Below, one piece after another: positions 38,111 to 51,479 of a DNA stretch of 64,000 bases. Source of the stretch: Laetmonice hystrix (lineage: Eukaryota); NCBI GenBank assembly GCA_965235115.1, contig OZ249437.1, forward strand, positions 14,508,001 through 14,572,000. Direction: 5' to 3'. The notes under the pieces were generated by a model. That model worked only from the letters and a program-made list of their open reading frames with translations. It did no database searches and was not told where the DNA came from. Within the stretch, counting starts at the first letter, position 1. Every line of letters begins with the position of its first letter. A program made the translations under genes and the position numbers.

Positions 38111-38890
38111 ATATTCACGTACCGATCCCATTGAATTCAACTCCACCCAACTGGTGGTGAACCGTAAAATCCTATATATTCACGTACCGATCCCATTGAA
38201 TTCAACTCCACCCAACTGGTGGTGAACTGTAAAATCCTATATATTCACGTACCGATCTTATTGAATTCAACTCCACCCAACTGGTCGTGAACTGTAAAAT
38301 CCTATATATTCACGTACCGATCCCATTGAATTCAACTCCACCCAACTGGTGGTGAACTGTAAAATCCTATATATTCACGTACCGATCGCATTGAATTCAA
38401 CTCCACCCAACTGGTGGTGAACTGTAAAATCCTATATATTCACGTACCGATCGCATTGAATTCAACTCCACCCAACTGGTGGTGAACTGTAAAATCCTAT
38501 ATATTCACGTACCGATTCCATTGAATTCAACTCCACCCAACTGGTGGTGAACTGTAAAATCCTATATATTCACGTACCGATCTTATTGAATTCAACTCCA
38601 CCCAACTGGTGGTGAACTGTAAAATCCTATATATTCACGTACCGATCCCATTGAATTCAACTCCACCCAACTGGTGGTGAACCGTAAAATCCTATATATT
38701 CACGTACCGATCCTATTGAATTCAACTCCACCCAACTGGTGGTGAACTGTAAAATCCTATATATTCACGTACCGATCGCATTGAATTCAACTCCACCCAA
38801 CTGGTGGTGAACTGTAAAATCCTATATATTCACGTACCGATTCCATTGAATTCAACTCCACCCAACTGGTGGTGAACTGTAAAATCCTAG
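38111..38890. repeat. Minisatellite, 65-bp unit, 12 copies
   Basis: ATATTCACGTACCGATNNNATTGAATTCAACTCCACCCAACTGGTGGTGAACTGTAAAATCCTAT with constant period 65. Confidence 0.97.
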
Positions 38891-40021
38891 GCCTCAAAAC
38901 AGACAAGTGCTATCGATTATTTTTAAGGTTGATTAATACTGCATGTTGAATCCTTTTAACTTTTTGAAGACTTCTACATATAGACCTAAGTCCAGTTTAT
39001 ATTATACAAGTTGGCCTAAAAGTCCAGTTTATATTATACAAGTTGGCCTAAGTACTTGGCTGGGTTATAAAGTTGGGTGAAATAAACCTTGCTGAACCGG
39101 AAACGTGAGTGGTAACACTAAAAGGAATTCCTGGTGGAATTCAGCATTTCATAAACATTGGTGAGATTTGCTCAGCGCTCTGCTGGCATGGGAACCGACT
39201 GTGAGTTCACCCCCTGCACAGGCACTCCAAGAACCAAAGACAAAATATATTTGGTAAATTTAACAGCTATCAGGTGCAGAACAGAACTGTCGTAGACTGA
39301 CCTAGAATGCACCATTTCAAATATGAAATGTAAAATCTTCTGGGGCACACGCCCCCCTGCACCCCCCACCCCCCATCATCTGGGCGTGGCAGCTTTGAAC
39401 AAGTGTGAAGTCTAGGAGGCAGATGCACGGTGATCGAAGTTAACACAGGTGTTTCAATTTCAGTCTGATCTTATCTTTAAGTGCTTGGGCCCAGCATTCG
39501 GGGTGGGGGAGCGGGGGCCGCGCGGTTAGAGGCTCTGGCTGAGTGCCACATAGAGATAATTAATTCCTCTTCTAATTAATTCCGCAGGTTCGGACCCCCC
39601 CCCCCCCCGCACAGCGCCCCTGTACAATGTTAAATATAATTGCCATACGAGGTAATATATCAAACCCGGTGTACGGGTTTCCTCTATATCATCATCACCA
39701 TGGCCCAAACGGACTGAATGAAAAGAAGACGTTCCAGTCCGGAAGATGGCCCACTGTTGCGGCCATAAAACCTACAACCTCACCTTACTCTCCATTAGCA
39801 CTCTGCAGTCGTTATCTCGGAGATGGATGATCCCTTATATAATCTTTGATAACAGCATGAAGCCAGGCTATCCACAGAACTCATAATTAAGAACATATAC
39901 GAGAATACCATCACCAGTGGGTAACCACACCTGTTACTGCTGACTGCTGTGGAATCCTGGGTGGCGTTTGCTATAGCCACAGTGCGCATGCTCGTGTCTA
40001 TAGGAACAGGAAGTCATATGG

Positions 40022-41350
40022 AAGCAATCACACCCTTATCAGCCTGCTAGAATCCTGGAAATCTGCCCTGGATGATAATAAATGTGTCGGTACCCTCCTT
40101 ATGGATCTATCAAAGGCTTTCGACTGTGTACCCCACAGCCTGCTCATCTGTAAGTTAAAGGCCTATGGTTTTAGCAGCAGTGCATGCCGATTCATAGGCA
40201 ATTACTTGTCAGAACGTATGCAGAGAGTGAAGATAGGCGACAAGAGAAGTAACTGGGCACAGACAAGCAAGGGTGTCCCTCAAGGATCGTGTCTTGGGCC
40301 GATCATCTTTAATATCTTTATTAACGATATTTTCTACTTTATGGAAAAATGTGACCTTGCTAACTACGCGGATGATAATACCCTCAGCGTATGTGAGGGG
40401 ACTTTCGATATGGTGACCACAGCACTGCAACTTGATGCGGACAATGCCATTAGATGGTTCACGGTAAACCATATGAAAGTCAACCCGAACAAGTTCCAGG
40501 TCATGTACATGAAGTCCATCTACAATGTAACAGAAACGCCCGAGTTTATTACTATCGACGGAAATAAACTACAAAATGAGGATTACGTGAAGCTTCTTGG
40601 AATTACTATAGACTCCAAGCTCCTGTTTGACCGACATGTAGACCAAATTTGCAAGAAGGCCTCCAGGCAGCTCAATATATTAAGAAGGTTCAAGCGCGCA
40701 TTCAATGTGAAGGACAAGATGAAGATCTACAATGCCTTCATCTTAGCCAATTTTAATTACTGTCCCATTGTATGGCACTTCTGCGCCACAGGTAGCACGA
40801 AGAAAATGGAGCGCATACAGGAAAGGGCGTTGAGGCTCATACATAGCGATACAAGTTCTTCATATGAAGAGTTGCTGAGGAAGTCGGGACAATCCTCGCT
40901 CCAACTAAAAAGACTTCGTCTCATTGCACTGGAAGTTTTTAAAAGTCTACATTACCATAACCCTGTTTTTATGAGTGACTTATTCAAGCGCAAGGAATTA
41001 AATCACAACCTCAGGGATCCAGCAAAAGTAGTTGCGCCGGTTTTTAATACTATTAGATATGGCAAAAACACATTTTCCTACTATGGTGCTCACTTATGGA
41101 ACCTACTACCCACACAATATAAAGAGTGTGTCGAGGTCAACGCTTTTAAGCACATGATGATGGCCCCCGGTGCCAATGTTCCTCATGTTCCTTCAATGTG
41201 TAACTATGTCTTTTACGGTGTTTTAGTGTTTCATAGTGTTTTATTTATTTATTGTTTTAATCGACAAATAGCCCTCGGCTAATGTTTATTGTACCTGCAT
41301 CGTCGATTTCAAATAAAGTTTTATTATTATTTTATTATTTTATTATTATA
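40022..41350 (+). mobile_element. 5'-truncated non-LTR retrotransposon (CR1/L2-type LINE), RT C-terminal half, 3' UTR and (TTA)n tail; antisense in intron 1
   Basis: LMDLSKAFD, GVPQGSCLGP, FNIFINDIF, NYADD, KLLGITID, YCPIVW and ERIQERALR motifs; frame is open upstream to about 40022; AATAAA followed by TTA-rich tail at about 41312-41350. Confidence 0.95.
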
Positions 41351-43999
41351 TCCGTTATCAGAATTCTAGTCTATATATAACCGACTGCAGCATGTAAAAA
41401 TTGTTCGATTCTCTGGGATATTAGAATAGAAATGGAACCTTGAGCTTACGAGTGGAAAAATTAAAACCTTGCACTCAAGCCATATGTTATTATTCAGAAC
41501 ATTTTGCGGTATTGTATACTTTTGATTGGGTGGTGTATGCATGCTTATGTTTGCGGCATATTTAGTTATGCGTCTTGATGTGTTAAAACATTCGAAGGAG
41601 GTTAATATTAAAATGTGAAAGGTAACATCCGTAAACCGACACCTGCCCCCCCCCCCCCTTCAATATATATATAACTCAGAAATCGTGACTCGTACTCGAG
41701 ATTTACGAATGTCTGGGCAAACTTCTGCGCGGTGACCGAGACATGGCGCTCGGCTGGACGGGTAAACATCGTCTGTCAATACCAACTTGAGTTGAGAATG
41801 GTAAGTTTTTCCCCCGTATTTATGTGACGACTTCTGATAGGTGTTACCATGCAAACACACATAATAAAATAGGCTAAACCAGGTAATAGCGTTTTACTAT
41901 GAAAATTCACCCAGGACTATATATACAGTAAGTTATAGTTAAAACACAAAACATAGACCTACAGGCCTGGCGTAAAACCTATCAGGTTTTGTATTTTGCC
42001 CTACCGTTAAGTACACTTATGCAAGGGTCATTTCCTCGTATTCAATAAACGCTGATTTGTGTTAATATCTTCGGAAACGTCACCATTTGTAACGATATGG
42101 TAATATTTGGTTAGTGTCTCCCATTCTCATGACAACAGGTGGTTAGTGTGAACGGACCTTATGTGTACATACGAGGTAATATATCAAAATGTAGCACAAG
42201 AAATAAAAACACCAACAGCTTGGCTTTTAGAGCCATCCTCGCTCCGTGCCGCGTCACATTAAGTATAATGAGATACTGTCATGGCCATGTCATAGTCAAA
42301 CAAAAAATTCCGATAATATCTCGACAAAATCACCACTCGTATAATACTGCAGCTTGAATTATATATGGAAATGCATTCATAGGTGGATCAGACTGTTTTT
42401 TAGGACTTAGCTCAACTCTATTTAATCATTTCAAGAGAAGTTGAGAGCCTACTAATAGGAGGATGCCTGCATCGTCATGTATATGATTGAAGCTTTGAAA
42501 ATTTTGCAATCACGAAATCTCAAGAGCGTGCTGCTTTGACAAGCAGAAATAATTATATTTTGATGACGTCATTCGGCATTTCGATCTTTATCACAGCAAA
42601 TACCGACTACATTCGGCATTGAAACTAATAAATATGAAGCTATACCGAATGTTGTTCACATCATAAATATGCGTGCCGGCTTGCAAGGTTAAGACTGGCA
42701 CACGGTATAATGATCAGCTGCAGAGATTGGTGCTCATATCCGGGGAAGCGAAGGCTTTATTAACACAGGTTAATATGGGGGTTATCGATCGTTGTCTATT
42801 GAATTCCATAAATCCAGTTCGGAGTATAGTCAGTACCGCGTGTCCCAATACATAGCATACTTATAATTACTACCTGGAAAATCTGTGTTATATTCTTTAG
42901 AAACTAAAAAAAGTTAGAAACTAAAAAATAAATCAATTAGTCCATAAATCAATCAATAAATTACAGAGCACCTTGTACAGAACCAAAAAGGTAAGAAACG
43001 ATGGCAAGTGTAGGGGGTTTCTTTGACATAATATATCTTAATTATCTTCAGACATTAATTAAAATACCTGCCAATAAAAGGGCATCTATATGGTATAGAT
43101 GGTATTATATTTTAGGGGGGATACGTGATTTGTCTCTCCATCAACCAAGCCTTATTTCCGTGAGTTATTATAGAATACGAGAGCTTGCAGTATACTTGAT
43201 TGTGAATTTCAAGGAATTAAAATCGGGATCACACAGTCGTACAGTTTGTATGTCTTTTCTAACTTGGCAGACTGGCTCAGGCCTCGAAAATAGCGGAAGT
43301 CTGGGACGAATTTCCGAATCATGTCTCATATCCCGAAGAGACGTTTGGTTTTATTCAATAATTACTATTTTGATAAATGATGCGGAAGTTAACATTTTGA
43401 CAAATCAGCAGCCTGCATGGTTAGAACCCAGGCCTTTTTGCCGAATTTTGTAGTGCATTTGTGCTGAATTTGCACTTTTTATTACTTGGTCGGTGTTTTT
43501 CTTAATTGCCAACAAAAAAAGTGAGGGTGATGAACCTATGTTAAAAGTCCTGTTTGTCTGAAGCAAGCTGAAATTTTCGAAACTTTACCCTTAAGTTCTA
43601 TCTCCGGATAGCTATACAGTAGAAATACCGTCTCGGTTACCGGCGGCGAAGCCCTGATACTATTTCGTTTAAAAAACCATTGCCTTTCTTTGAGACCACC
43701 GTTTTGTGACAATGGCAGTGCGTGCGTCATGCTATTCCCAGCCAGAATTCCTAGAAATAAGATACGAGCGTCTTTATATCAATGTCCCACACGAGATCCT
43801 GGAAGTTCTCGGTAAAACATTCCCATGCCAACTCGCACCAAACGTATCCTTGGAAAAAAAACTCACTGCGTATTTCAGATATCTGAATGTGCACGGAAAA
43901 TTTATAGCAGGGGTCATGTTACGCCCGTGGAGACTAACTGAGCGATGTTAATGTGTTGGATCCGGTTCAGGTAGGAGTGTAGTCCGATCCCCTCTGAAT

Positions 44000-44470
44000 G
44001 TCAAACACCTGTGAAGAGGGTACTCCCAAAGGCCAAGTCCCTACCGGCCCGTGCGCGCTCCCTCTCCGAGACCGTTTCCAATCGGCCACTCCCGAATGCC
44101 TGGCACACCCGGCATATCTTGGCTCGGACGGGCGCCAAGTGTTAGGGCGGTCGGTGGTGATTGAGAACGCTAGTATCCGGGCGAACTGGACGGGGTGGTG
44201 AGGGTGGGGCAGATGCTCCAAAGGACGCCGATTTCCTCATCAGCGTTCCTATCCCACCTGGCGCAGATGGCGTACCGAGATGAAGAGGGTGTGGCAAGCC
44301 AGTCGGGTCGGTGGCTGGCTCTAAGGTGGACGAGTCGTTTCGATCGAGAGGAGTTCATTATGTGCCCTCCCCCTTACATTACTACCCTCACCCCCTCACT
44401 GACTGGGCCTGCTTGGGTTGAGATGAGGAGTTTATAACGCCTGATCTCAGCAAGGGCGTTGACCAAAACC
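44000..44470 (+). mobile_element. Decayed Gypsy integrase relic
   Basis: LAHPAYLG (zinc-finger His region), then GVHYVPS..YPHPLTD..VE..F (cf. GIxH..PYHPQTDG.VERF) across frameshifts. Confidence 0.33.
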
Positions 44471-45726
44471 CTTGAAATCTTTGAAAGGTTTTTCGTGTCA
44501 TTTGACTTCGTACATATCTGGGGAGAATATGTAGCCCTATACGTGCATGTGTGTGTAGTAACTGTGGGCATACATTTTGTATATTTCAACAAGGGTAGAC
44601 AGACGGACTCTATATTTCCGCTTAACAGGCTTAACTCAGTTACTTTTTAGAATGTTCTGAAGCAGACATTATATGAGGACGTAGTCCTATATAATAGAGG
44701 ACTACTTATACAGTATAAAGTAAATAGTTACGTTATTTTGCCATTTACATATTTTTATAGCCGCCTGTTGCAAGGCTATACACCGAAACGATCCTGCCTG
44801 TATCGGTAAGCCTAGATACTGTTCCCCCCTTGCTTTGTTATATTAGTTAATTTTCACACGCCTGCAGAAGGTGCGGGTTTCCATACATCACGCACATGAA
44901 ATCTTCAGGGACCAGCAACAACTCAAAGCTAGTGTATTAGAATAGAGATGACAGCCCGTGTTTTCCGTGCCCTCATTCTCCTCCATCCATAACCGACCTC
45001 TCGGGCAGCTAAATTAATTTCCCGGCATCGAAGGTGTTAATTTGATTAAGGCAGCTAATACATTAGGGCCGGATGACATGCGCTGACTGGGGGCAATTTT
45101 GTAATACAGGTCATTGTAAGAAACAGTGTATTACGTGCGGCCCCCGACTGACGCCGAGGCGCCAAGAGGAGGAGTAAGGTGAGATGATATTTCCCTCTCA
45201 ATGGCCCCAATCCAACAATAGAAGCAATATCAGAGAAAGAAATATTGCCATTAGCGCTTCCTCTTATAATAATGAAGGCGATAAGTTATTATCAACGATG
45301 AACACGCGTTGCTGGGAATGAAGTAGGCCTATAGGTATGCTGGTTGGTAGGAACCCAGTCAATGTGCTTCTTGCGATACGAATGATAAATAATGGTTCTT
45401 GGAGAAAACATCCCGGAATGAAATATAATATTAGACAGTAACCATAGGCCTATCTGCTTAGGCCTATATATAATAATAATTATATATGTAGTGTACATAT
45501 AGGAAACAATCTGTGCAACTGCATACATGTTGCTGTTTTAATATAGTGCCATTACATATAGTGTACATTATAGTCGGCCCATTGGCATGTCATGTACATG
45601 TACATGGGTCTGCGCATAATAGGCATGAGCCTTATATTGTGTTTATGTCTACTTATGCTACATAAATATTTGAGATTACGAAGTAAATGTATACGTTCAG
45701 AGAAGGTGTCAGATAATTATGCTTAC

Positions 45727-45835
45727 CGAAGGTCTTTGGCACGGCAAATCCGATTTCCAGTAGCATCAGCTGCACCAATATGACCACAGTTTCCATTGAA
45801 TCCCCCATCCTTATTCCTGCGGCTCTCATCCCCAT
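45727..45835 (-). CDS. Probable exon 1: start codon and signal peptide (MGMRAAGIRMGDSMETVVILVQLMLLEIGFAVPKTF-G)
   Basis: ATG at 45835, hydrophobic core VVILVQLMLLEIGFA, strong donor G|GTAAGC in phase 1 matching the SUEL exon (G+GG=Gly, giving ..KTFGPMDFC). The 15.7-kb intron link is inferred; the true start Met is uncertain. Confidence 0.65.
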
Positions 45836-46539
45836 CGTAACAAATTCACGCTGTCTCCAGTGGTCGCCCGCCTACTGGCCAGACTACTTAAGTGTTGTAC
45901 AGTTAAAAGCCTTATCAAGTCAGAGTTCAGAAGTCAGTCGGCAGCCTCCAACACTGGCCAGTGCTTGCAGCCACTTTACGGTTAATCTTCCTGCCACATA
46001 TTAGACTCCAGGCGACAAGAGGTTCGTGTATTTCAAAACGTCGGAGATGGTCTGCTAACTCACTCTTCCTTCCAACCTCTCTGCTTACAGGACCCGAACT
46101 TTAAGGCGATGTCCAAGAGGATCCGTGGGACAGAAAAAAACGGAATTTTACCGTGCTGTCATAAGACCACATGAGGCAGAAACCGCGCAGCGCCCAAATG
46201 GCATAAACAGAACAGATTGTGTCTTCAAAAGTGTCTGAAATCGCTCCAATACCTTCACATATCTTACCGGCAGTTGTCCACGGCCTGCCTGTGGTCCAAT
46301 CTCTCAGTCTGGCGTTCACGGAACTTCCTCTTGTTATTAAAGGGCCGCCAACAGGATCCTCTTCTTTTGCGCAGGAGTTTAATAGTTCTGAAGTGGGTTT
46401 TTAGCCAATCTGTACGGAAATCCCTGGTCTGGTGCAGATGAGTTTGATCCTGTCCGCTCACTCCGCCCGTGTTAGCAGTTCTCATCCACTTGGGTAATAT
46501 TCCTTCACCTGGCTTCTCCGCTCCATTGAGTCGGACCTG

Positions 46540-46830
46540 TCTATCTATCTACCCGGCTGGTGAGTGAGCGCTTGCAGCCGATGGCAAGTCTGGCTATGGA
46601 GTGCGCGAGCCTGGTGTGACGTGTGTTGGCAGCGCGTACTGTGAACGGAGTGCGCGCCCGCCGAGTGACGGGGGTAATCGTTCACGAACCCGCCGTGACA
46701 CGAGCGGGCGCTGCGAGGCGGCAAGGGGCGACGGTGGCGCTGTCGACGAGCGCCCTTTCAATGGATCCGGGGGCAGTGGAGGGCGAGACCTCGGAGCAGG
46801 CCTGTCAGTGGTGGGGTAGAGGCGGTTGGG
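46540..46830 (-). promoter_or_regulatory. CpG-rich putative promoter/5'-UTR region of the lectin-receptor gene
   Basis: Locally dense CpG and GC content about 0.7-1 kb upstream of the putative start; position is suggestive only. Confidence 0.35.
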
Positions 46831-49329
46831 GGATGGGGGGTGTGGAGGGGGTACGCAATGGTGGAATGGCAGCATTGACAAATGAAGAAATGTTGTCGGC
46901 TGGAGCAGATTCAAAATGAGAATCATCGACATGGTGTTTGCGGGGAATGTTGCCGTTCTTGCGCCGGGTGAGGAGACATGTGGGAAAGTTGAAGCACGGC
47001 AGGATAAATTGACGAGGGGGTAGGTGTCCTATCTCTGGACATAAAAAATGTAGTGTTTATATTTCCCCATAGCTCTAACGGCGCACATAAATAATATTAT
47101 AACAATATACAACCCGTCCATTGCCAATATAGTGTCTCGTCAATAAATAGGATGGGGTTTATGTAAAGCCGGTATTTAGGATGACAATAATACGATACAT
47201 GTGCAGTAACAATATAAACACAAATGTTTAGTTAGGACATGTCTTCATAAGTCTTGTTTAAAATAAAGTGGACGATCTAGGAATTGCATATACCTAAGGA
47301 ATCCTTTCTCACGTATAGGCCTACTTAAAACCTAAGTTAACGGGTAAATCTAAGAGAGGCATAACACTTAAAACCTGAAATGAATATTGCATGAGTGTAA
47401 TACGACATGGGACGAGAAGAGTAGATCTACGATTTGCTATAAACTCTCAAACGTAGATCCTGGAGATTAAATCATTTAATCTCGATAGACCTCCCTTTCT
47501 GAACATTGTTCACGTTCACATCGTTCAGAAACTGAATAGACTTTAAACAGAACAATTTGTAGGGTAAATCTAGTATATAGTCACTCAAATAAACAACTCA
47601 TTATTCTGTTGTGTGTCGATTTCGAACGATGCATGGTCTCATCCCCCACAACTCACCAGAGAGGAGATTAGTCACTGCTGTAAATACGACATGCCAACGC
47701 GTAGAAATTTACGGAGCGCTTGGAAAATCTATGGAAATCTTTTAGGCATCTGCAGCGAAAAAAAATCCATTCCATCATGGAACCCGCCGTGGAAGAACCC
47801 CCATCCTTTGGATCAGGGATCATTAACATCGCTTCTATCAGTAAATATCGATCGGCAATCGTCCGTTGGATTCGACTATAAACTTTGGTCGGGTGAATTT
47901 GGGAATAGAAACCGGAAAGTGCGACCATTGCGAGAGTGTTACGGACAGGCTGATGTGGTAAAGCGTTTGACGCCTCCCAAGGATGCCTGCCCCTCTGTAT
48001 TGAATGAACTTATATCTCCCACGACAGCTCCTCAAATGGAAATCCTTTCACGGATTAATTGATTGCGGATTTGATTTATAAGAGCTCACGATGGGCTAAG
48101 GCTGGGTGTATTTATTTTATTCGTTACCGATGTATGGGCCTATCAACTGATCACAATATAGCTTGTAATCAAAATTTGCACAGAGAAAAGTTAATAAGAT
48201 TGCTTCGAACTAATGTTGAAAGGAAATGACTAAATACTCACAATATTGGGAGAAGTGTATCATCTTCGCGATAACGCATCATCGGGGGGGGGGGGGGGGG
48301 GGGGGCTTTGCATAAATTTCCGCTCGCTATAATTCCGCTCGTTGTAATTAGCGAGCCGGAATTTATACAATGGCTCAAGGTTAACGATATTCCGATCCAA
48401 AGAGAATATTCCCCTAAAGATTTATTGAATTTGTGTTATTCTGACGCTGAAGGGTCCGTCTCTATACTATATTATCGACTCCATGAGTCAGCCAAAGTAA
48501 CCTTGGTAGGTTGACCGAATATACAGACAAAAACCTCAGTCCACTCTTCGGTCGAGGAGGAGGTAATGTCTTCTCACAAGACGAGTAACTACCTCTTGAC
48601 ATTTCGTTTCAAGTTCATGGTAAAGGAAGTCACAAATTAGGTTTTGCATTCCTTGGGACGAGACGGAGGGTCAAGCGATAATAAGGCAGTATTCACTCAG
48701 CGGAGCCCCTTGAAGAAGGCCCAACTATAGACTACCCCTGCCCCCCCCCCCCCCCCCAGTCACCACTTGCTTTCGGACTGATTCTCCCGGCGAATCTGCC
48801 ATCAAGTGAGAATATTTCGCCCCATTTACTGTCTTCTAAAGGAAATTGACATCCGAGTGCCTAGCATTCCGTCGAGGGAATCTCGCGTGTTCAGCAGAAA
48901 TTGTTCAGGTCAGTCTCTCTAACCTACCTCGACGTTTTGCTCCCAGAGACCAGCACTCCCTACCTCTCGCAGAATGAATAGCTTTTTTTTTTATCGGACA
49001 TGCAGATGGAATTTATTATTTTCAATGACCGGCCCTTAACACTGCTCATGGACATCACATGTGAGTTGAATACTGACAAAATCGGTACAAGCAGGACAAG
49101 ATCAGGGCAGAAGAGGAAAACGTTAATAAGGTAACATAATGGAGAACGCCCTACAGGCCGTCACCTCCGAGCCACGTTCACATAATAGACGATAATTTCG
49201 AATAGTGTCGTCGGAACACGTGCTGCGATGACCCATCATTGAACTGTCCGGCTAACCTAGTCCAGACTGTGACACGTATAACTGACAATCACGACTTAAT
49301 GGATCTCCCTGTGAGCCATCAGGGCGGAA

Positions 49330-50400
49330 AGGGCGTTTCTATCCGATAAAGAATCAATTTACATAATAACCTAGCAGGAGCATGCGGCATTAGAGCAACT
49401 CTATAGGGAAATGCTTTCCTAGTATGATTGTATACGATTTTCAACCCTTGCAGACCTCGTCGTCTGCTGACAAAAAGGAGAGAAATAATGGGTAAATTTC
49501 CCGCTACATATCTTATCGTTACCAGCCATCTGGATCATGTCTGGGAGGATAATGGGATTGAGGGAGTTCCAGTCTGCCCTGCCCAGTACCATTCCATGAC
49601 CATTACTGTTATATCAAATAGCATGGAGACAGAGAAAATGTTTTGGCAGACATTTATCTGTGCAGGCGCTCAGAAACAGTCCTCAACATAGTCAAGGACT
49701 ATCTCTGATGAGGACATGGCACGTATACAACAACATCCACATTCCGACCTGTCAGTCCGAGACTAAGATATAAATTAATGCTTGATCCTGCGTTGCCATT
49801 ACATAGAACTAGAAAACAGGCTGCCACAAAATTCCCAATAATACGACTGTTGTGCACGCGACACAGAGGCAGACTGCCGCCGGAACAGATTGGACTGAGT
49901 GATGGTTCATACAGTAGGAGGAATACAAGAGGCATGCTCCCCGATTGTTTGTGCTCAGGACGAGGTCCAGGCGGGGTCGTTTATATTCCAAGGTCAAGAT
50001 CTTGTTTTAACGCCACTTTAGGAATGGCAGTGTCGAGCTTCTCGTATTTTGTGGAGCTTCGCCCCTCAGGAGCACCTGGTTCTGGCAGGTCATAACCCCG
50101 GCAGCCGATGGGCTCAATGCCAGAAGGTTTGGCTGGCTAGACTGGCGTGAAGCTACCATCTATATTGACTTCTGTTATGCAATGAAGAAGTTATGAAAAT
50201 GGCCCTGAATTGACATGGCGGATACCTGTGCGCCATTTATAGGTGCCATTCATGAATTCAAACAGATGGAACTGTTGATGATATTAGGACAGACTGCTTT
50301 CTATGTCCTAAGGGAATACGATTCAATACCTCCTTGTGAGGTGATTTGTATTATACCCTCTGGAGACAGCTAAGATTGTAGAGTGTATGAATGGTTATTG
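49330..50400 (+). mobile_element. Decayed Gypsy pol relic (RNase H end to integrase)
   Basis: LSDKES..T.QE..A, YQP, GRIM, YIK.HGDRENVLADIYLCR (cf. G.ENV.ADYLSR), later IQTDGTV (cf. HPQTDG.VE). Confidence 0.4.
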
Positions 50401-51479
50401 AGGTGAAGCTGTTAGCATTATCATCAAAATGATGCTCCCTTTCCGAGAAAAAGTCCTACACTATTGCGACGAATACAAGTCGGAATGAGACTGACATTCA
50501 GTATACCACAAGGACGACAGCGTATTGAGCAGTAAGTTCTATTCAAGTTCATGAGTGCCATAGTTCCGTTAAAATAATCCTCTACATGACGTGTTTCGGT
50601 CCGCCTGTTTATAGATGCATGAGTCTGGTCCACGCCGACTTTGGAATGATTTGACAGAAAGACACAAAATAATCAATCAAGGGACATCTCTTTTGATGGG
50701 TGCGATTCAAGCGGAGCCCCTTCTAAACCATGCCTATGCTTTAATAATGTACCACCCAGGAATGGCAAGTGTCTGTCGTCAGCGGAAGCGCCATCCCATT
50801 TCATTTCTGCACGTAAGAAGAAATTCAATATCAACTTTGTTTATCCACACACTCAGTTCTCGTCGTTGTGCTTATTGCTTTGTCCCTTTTTCTCGTCATT
50901 ATGGGTAGCATGAATAGGGTGGCGATTGCTGTGAATGGGCACGTTTTGGTCGAGATTTGCCACAGGAGCACTTGGCAAAAGACGCCATTATTAATTTGTG
51001 GCCTATTCTACAATAACATACACATATAGCGGAAGCGAACGCAGGGGTCCAATTTAAAATGAATGCATTCTTACCATGCTTTGGTATGAGAACGGATACG
51101 TTTTCTTATCAACGTCACTGAAAGGAATACTAAATACTTCTTGGTTGAAAATTTGCTAAAGTTTCTACTTTCTTACACTTTCTTAGTGATCCTATAAATA
51201 AAATATGAAATAAATCTGCCCAATCTTTGTACATTTCAAACATTCAATGCTTTTCTATTCTTGTATTGAAAGCTTATAAATCTAGCCACATTACTGCCAT
51301 ATATACATGTACTCAAATATTTCATAAACATGTAGTTGCGCTTATTCGCGAATTTGTATTTATATGTGTCTGTTGCGAGACTGATGGATACGATTTCCAA
51401 TGCAGTTTTACAGGTTGGCTTTGCGGTACTGCCCGGCCTATCATGATCTGATGTTGTATTGAATTTCCCCCAAGCAGAC

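Noticed and set aside
38111-38890. CRISPR-like appearance of the palindromic 65-bp and 52-bp arrays
   Set aside because: Units are head-to-tail with no unique spacers, there are no cas genes, and the context is eukaryotic.
47613-48062. 149-aa ORF, and likewise 43001-43453, 25564-25980 and 17535-18017
   Set aside because: No recognisable domain or splice context; lengths are compatible with chance.
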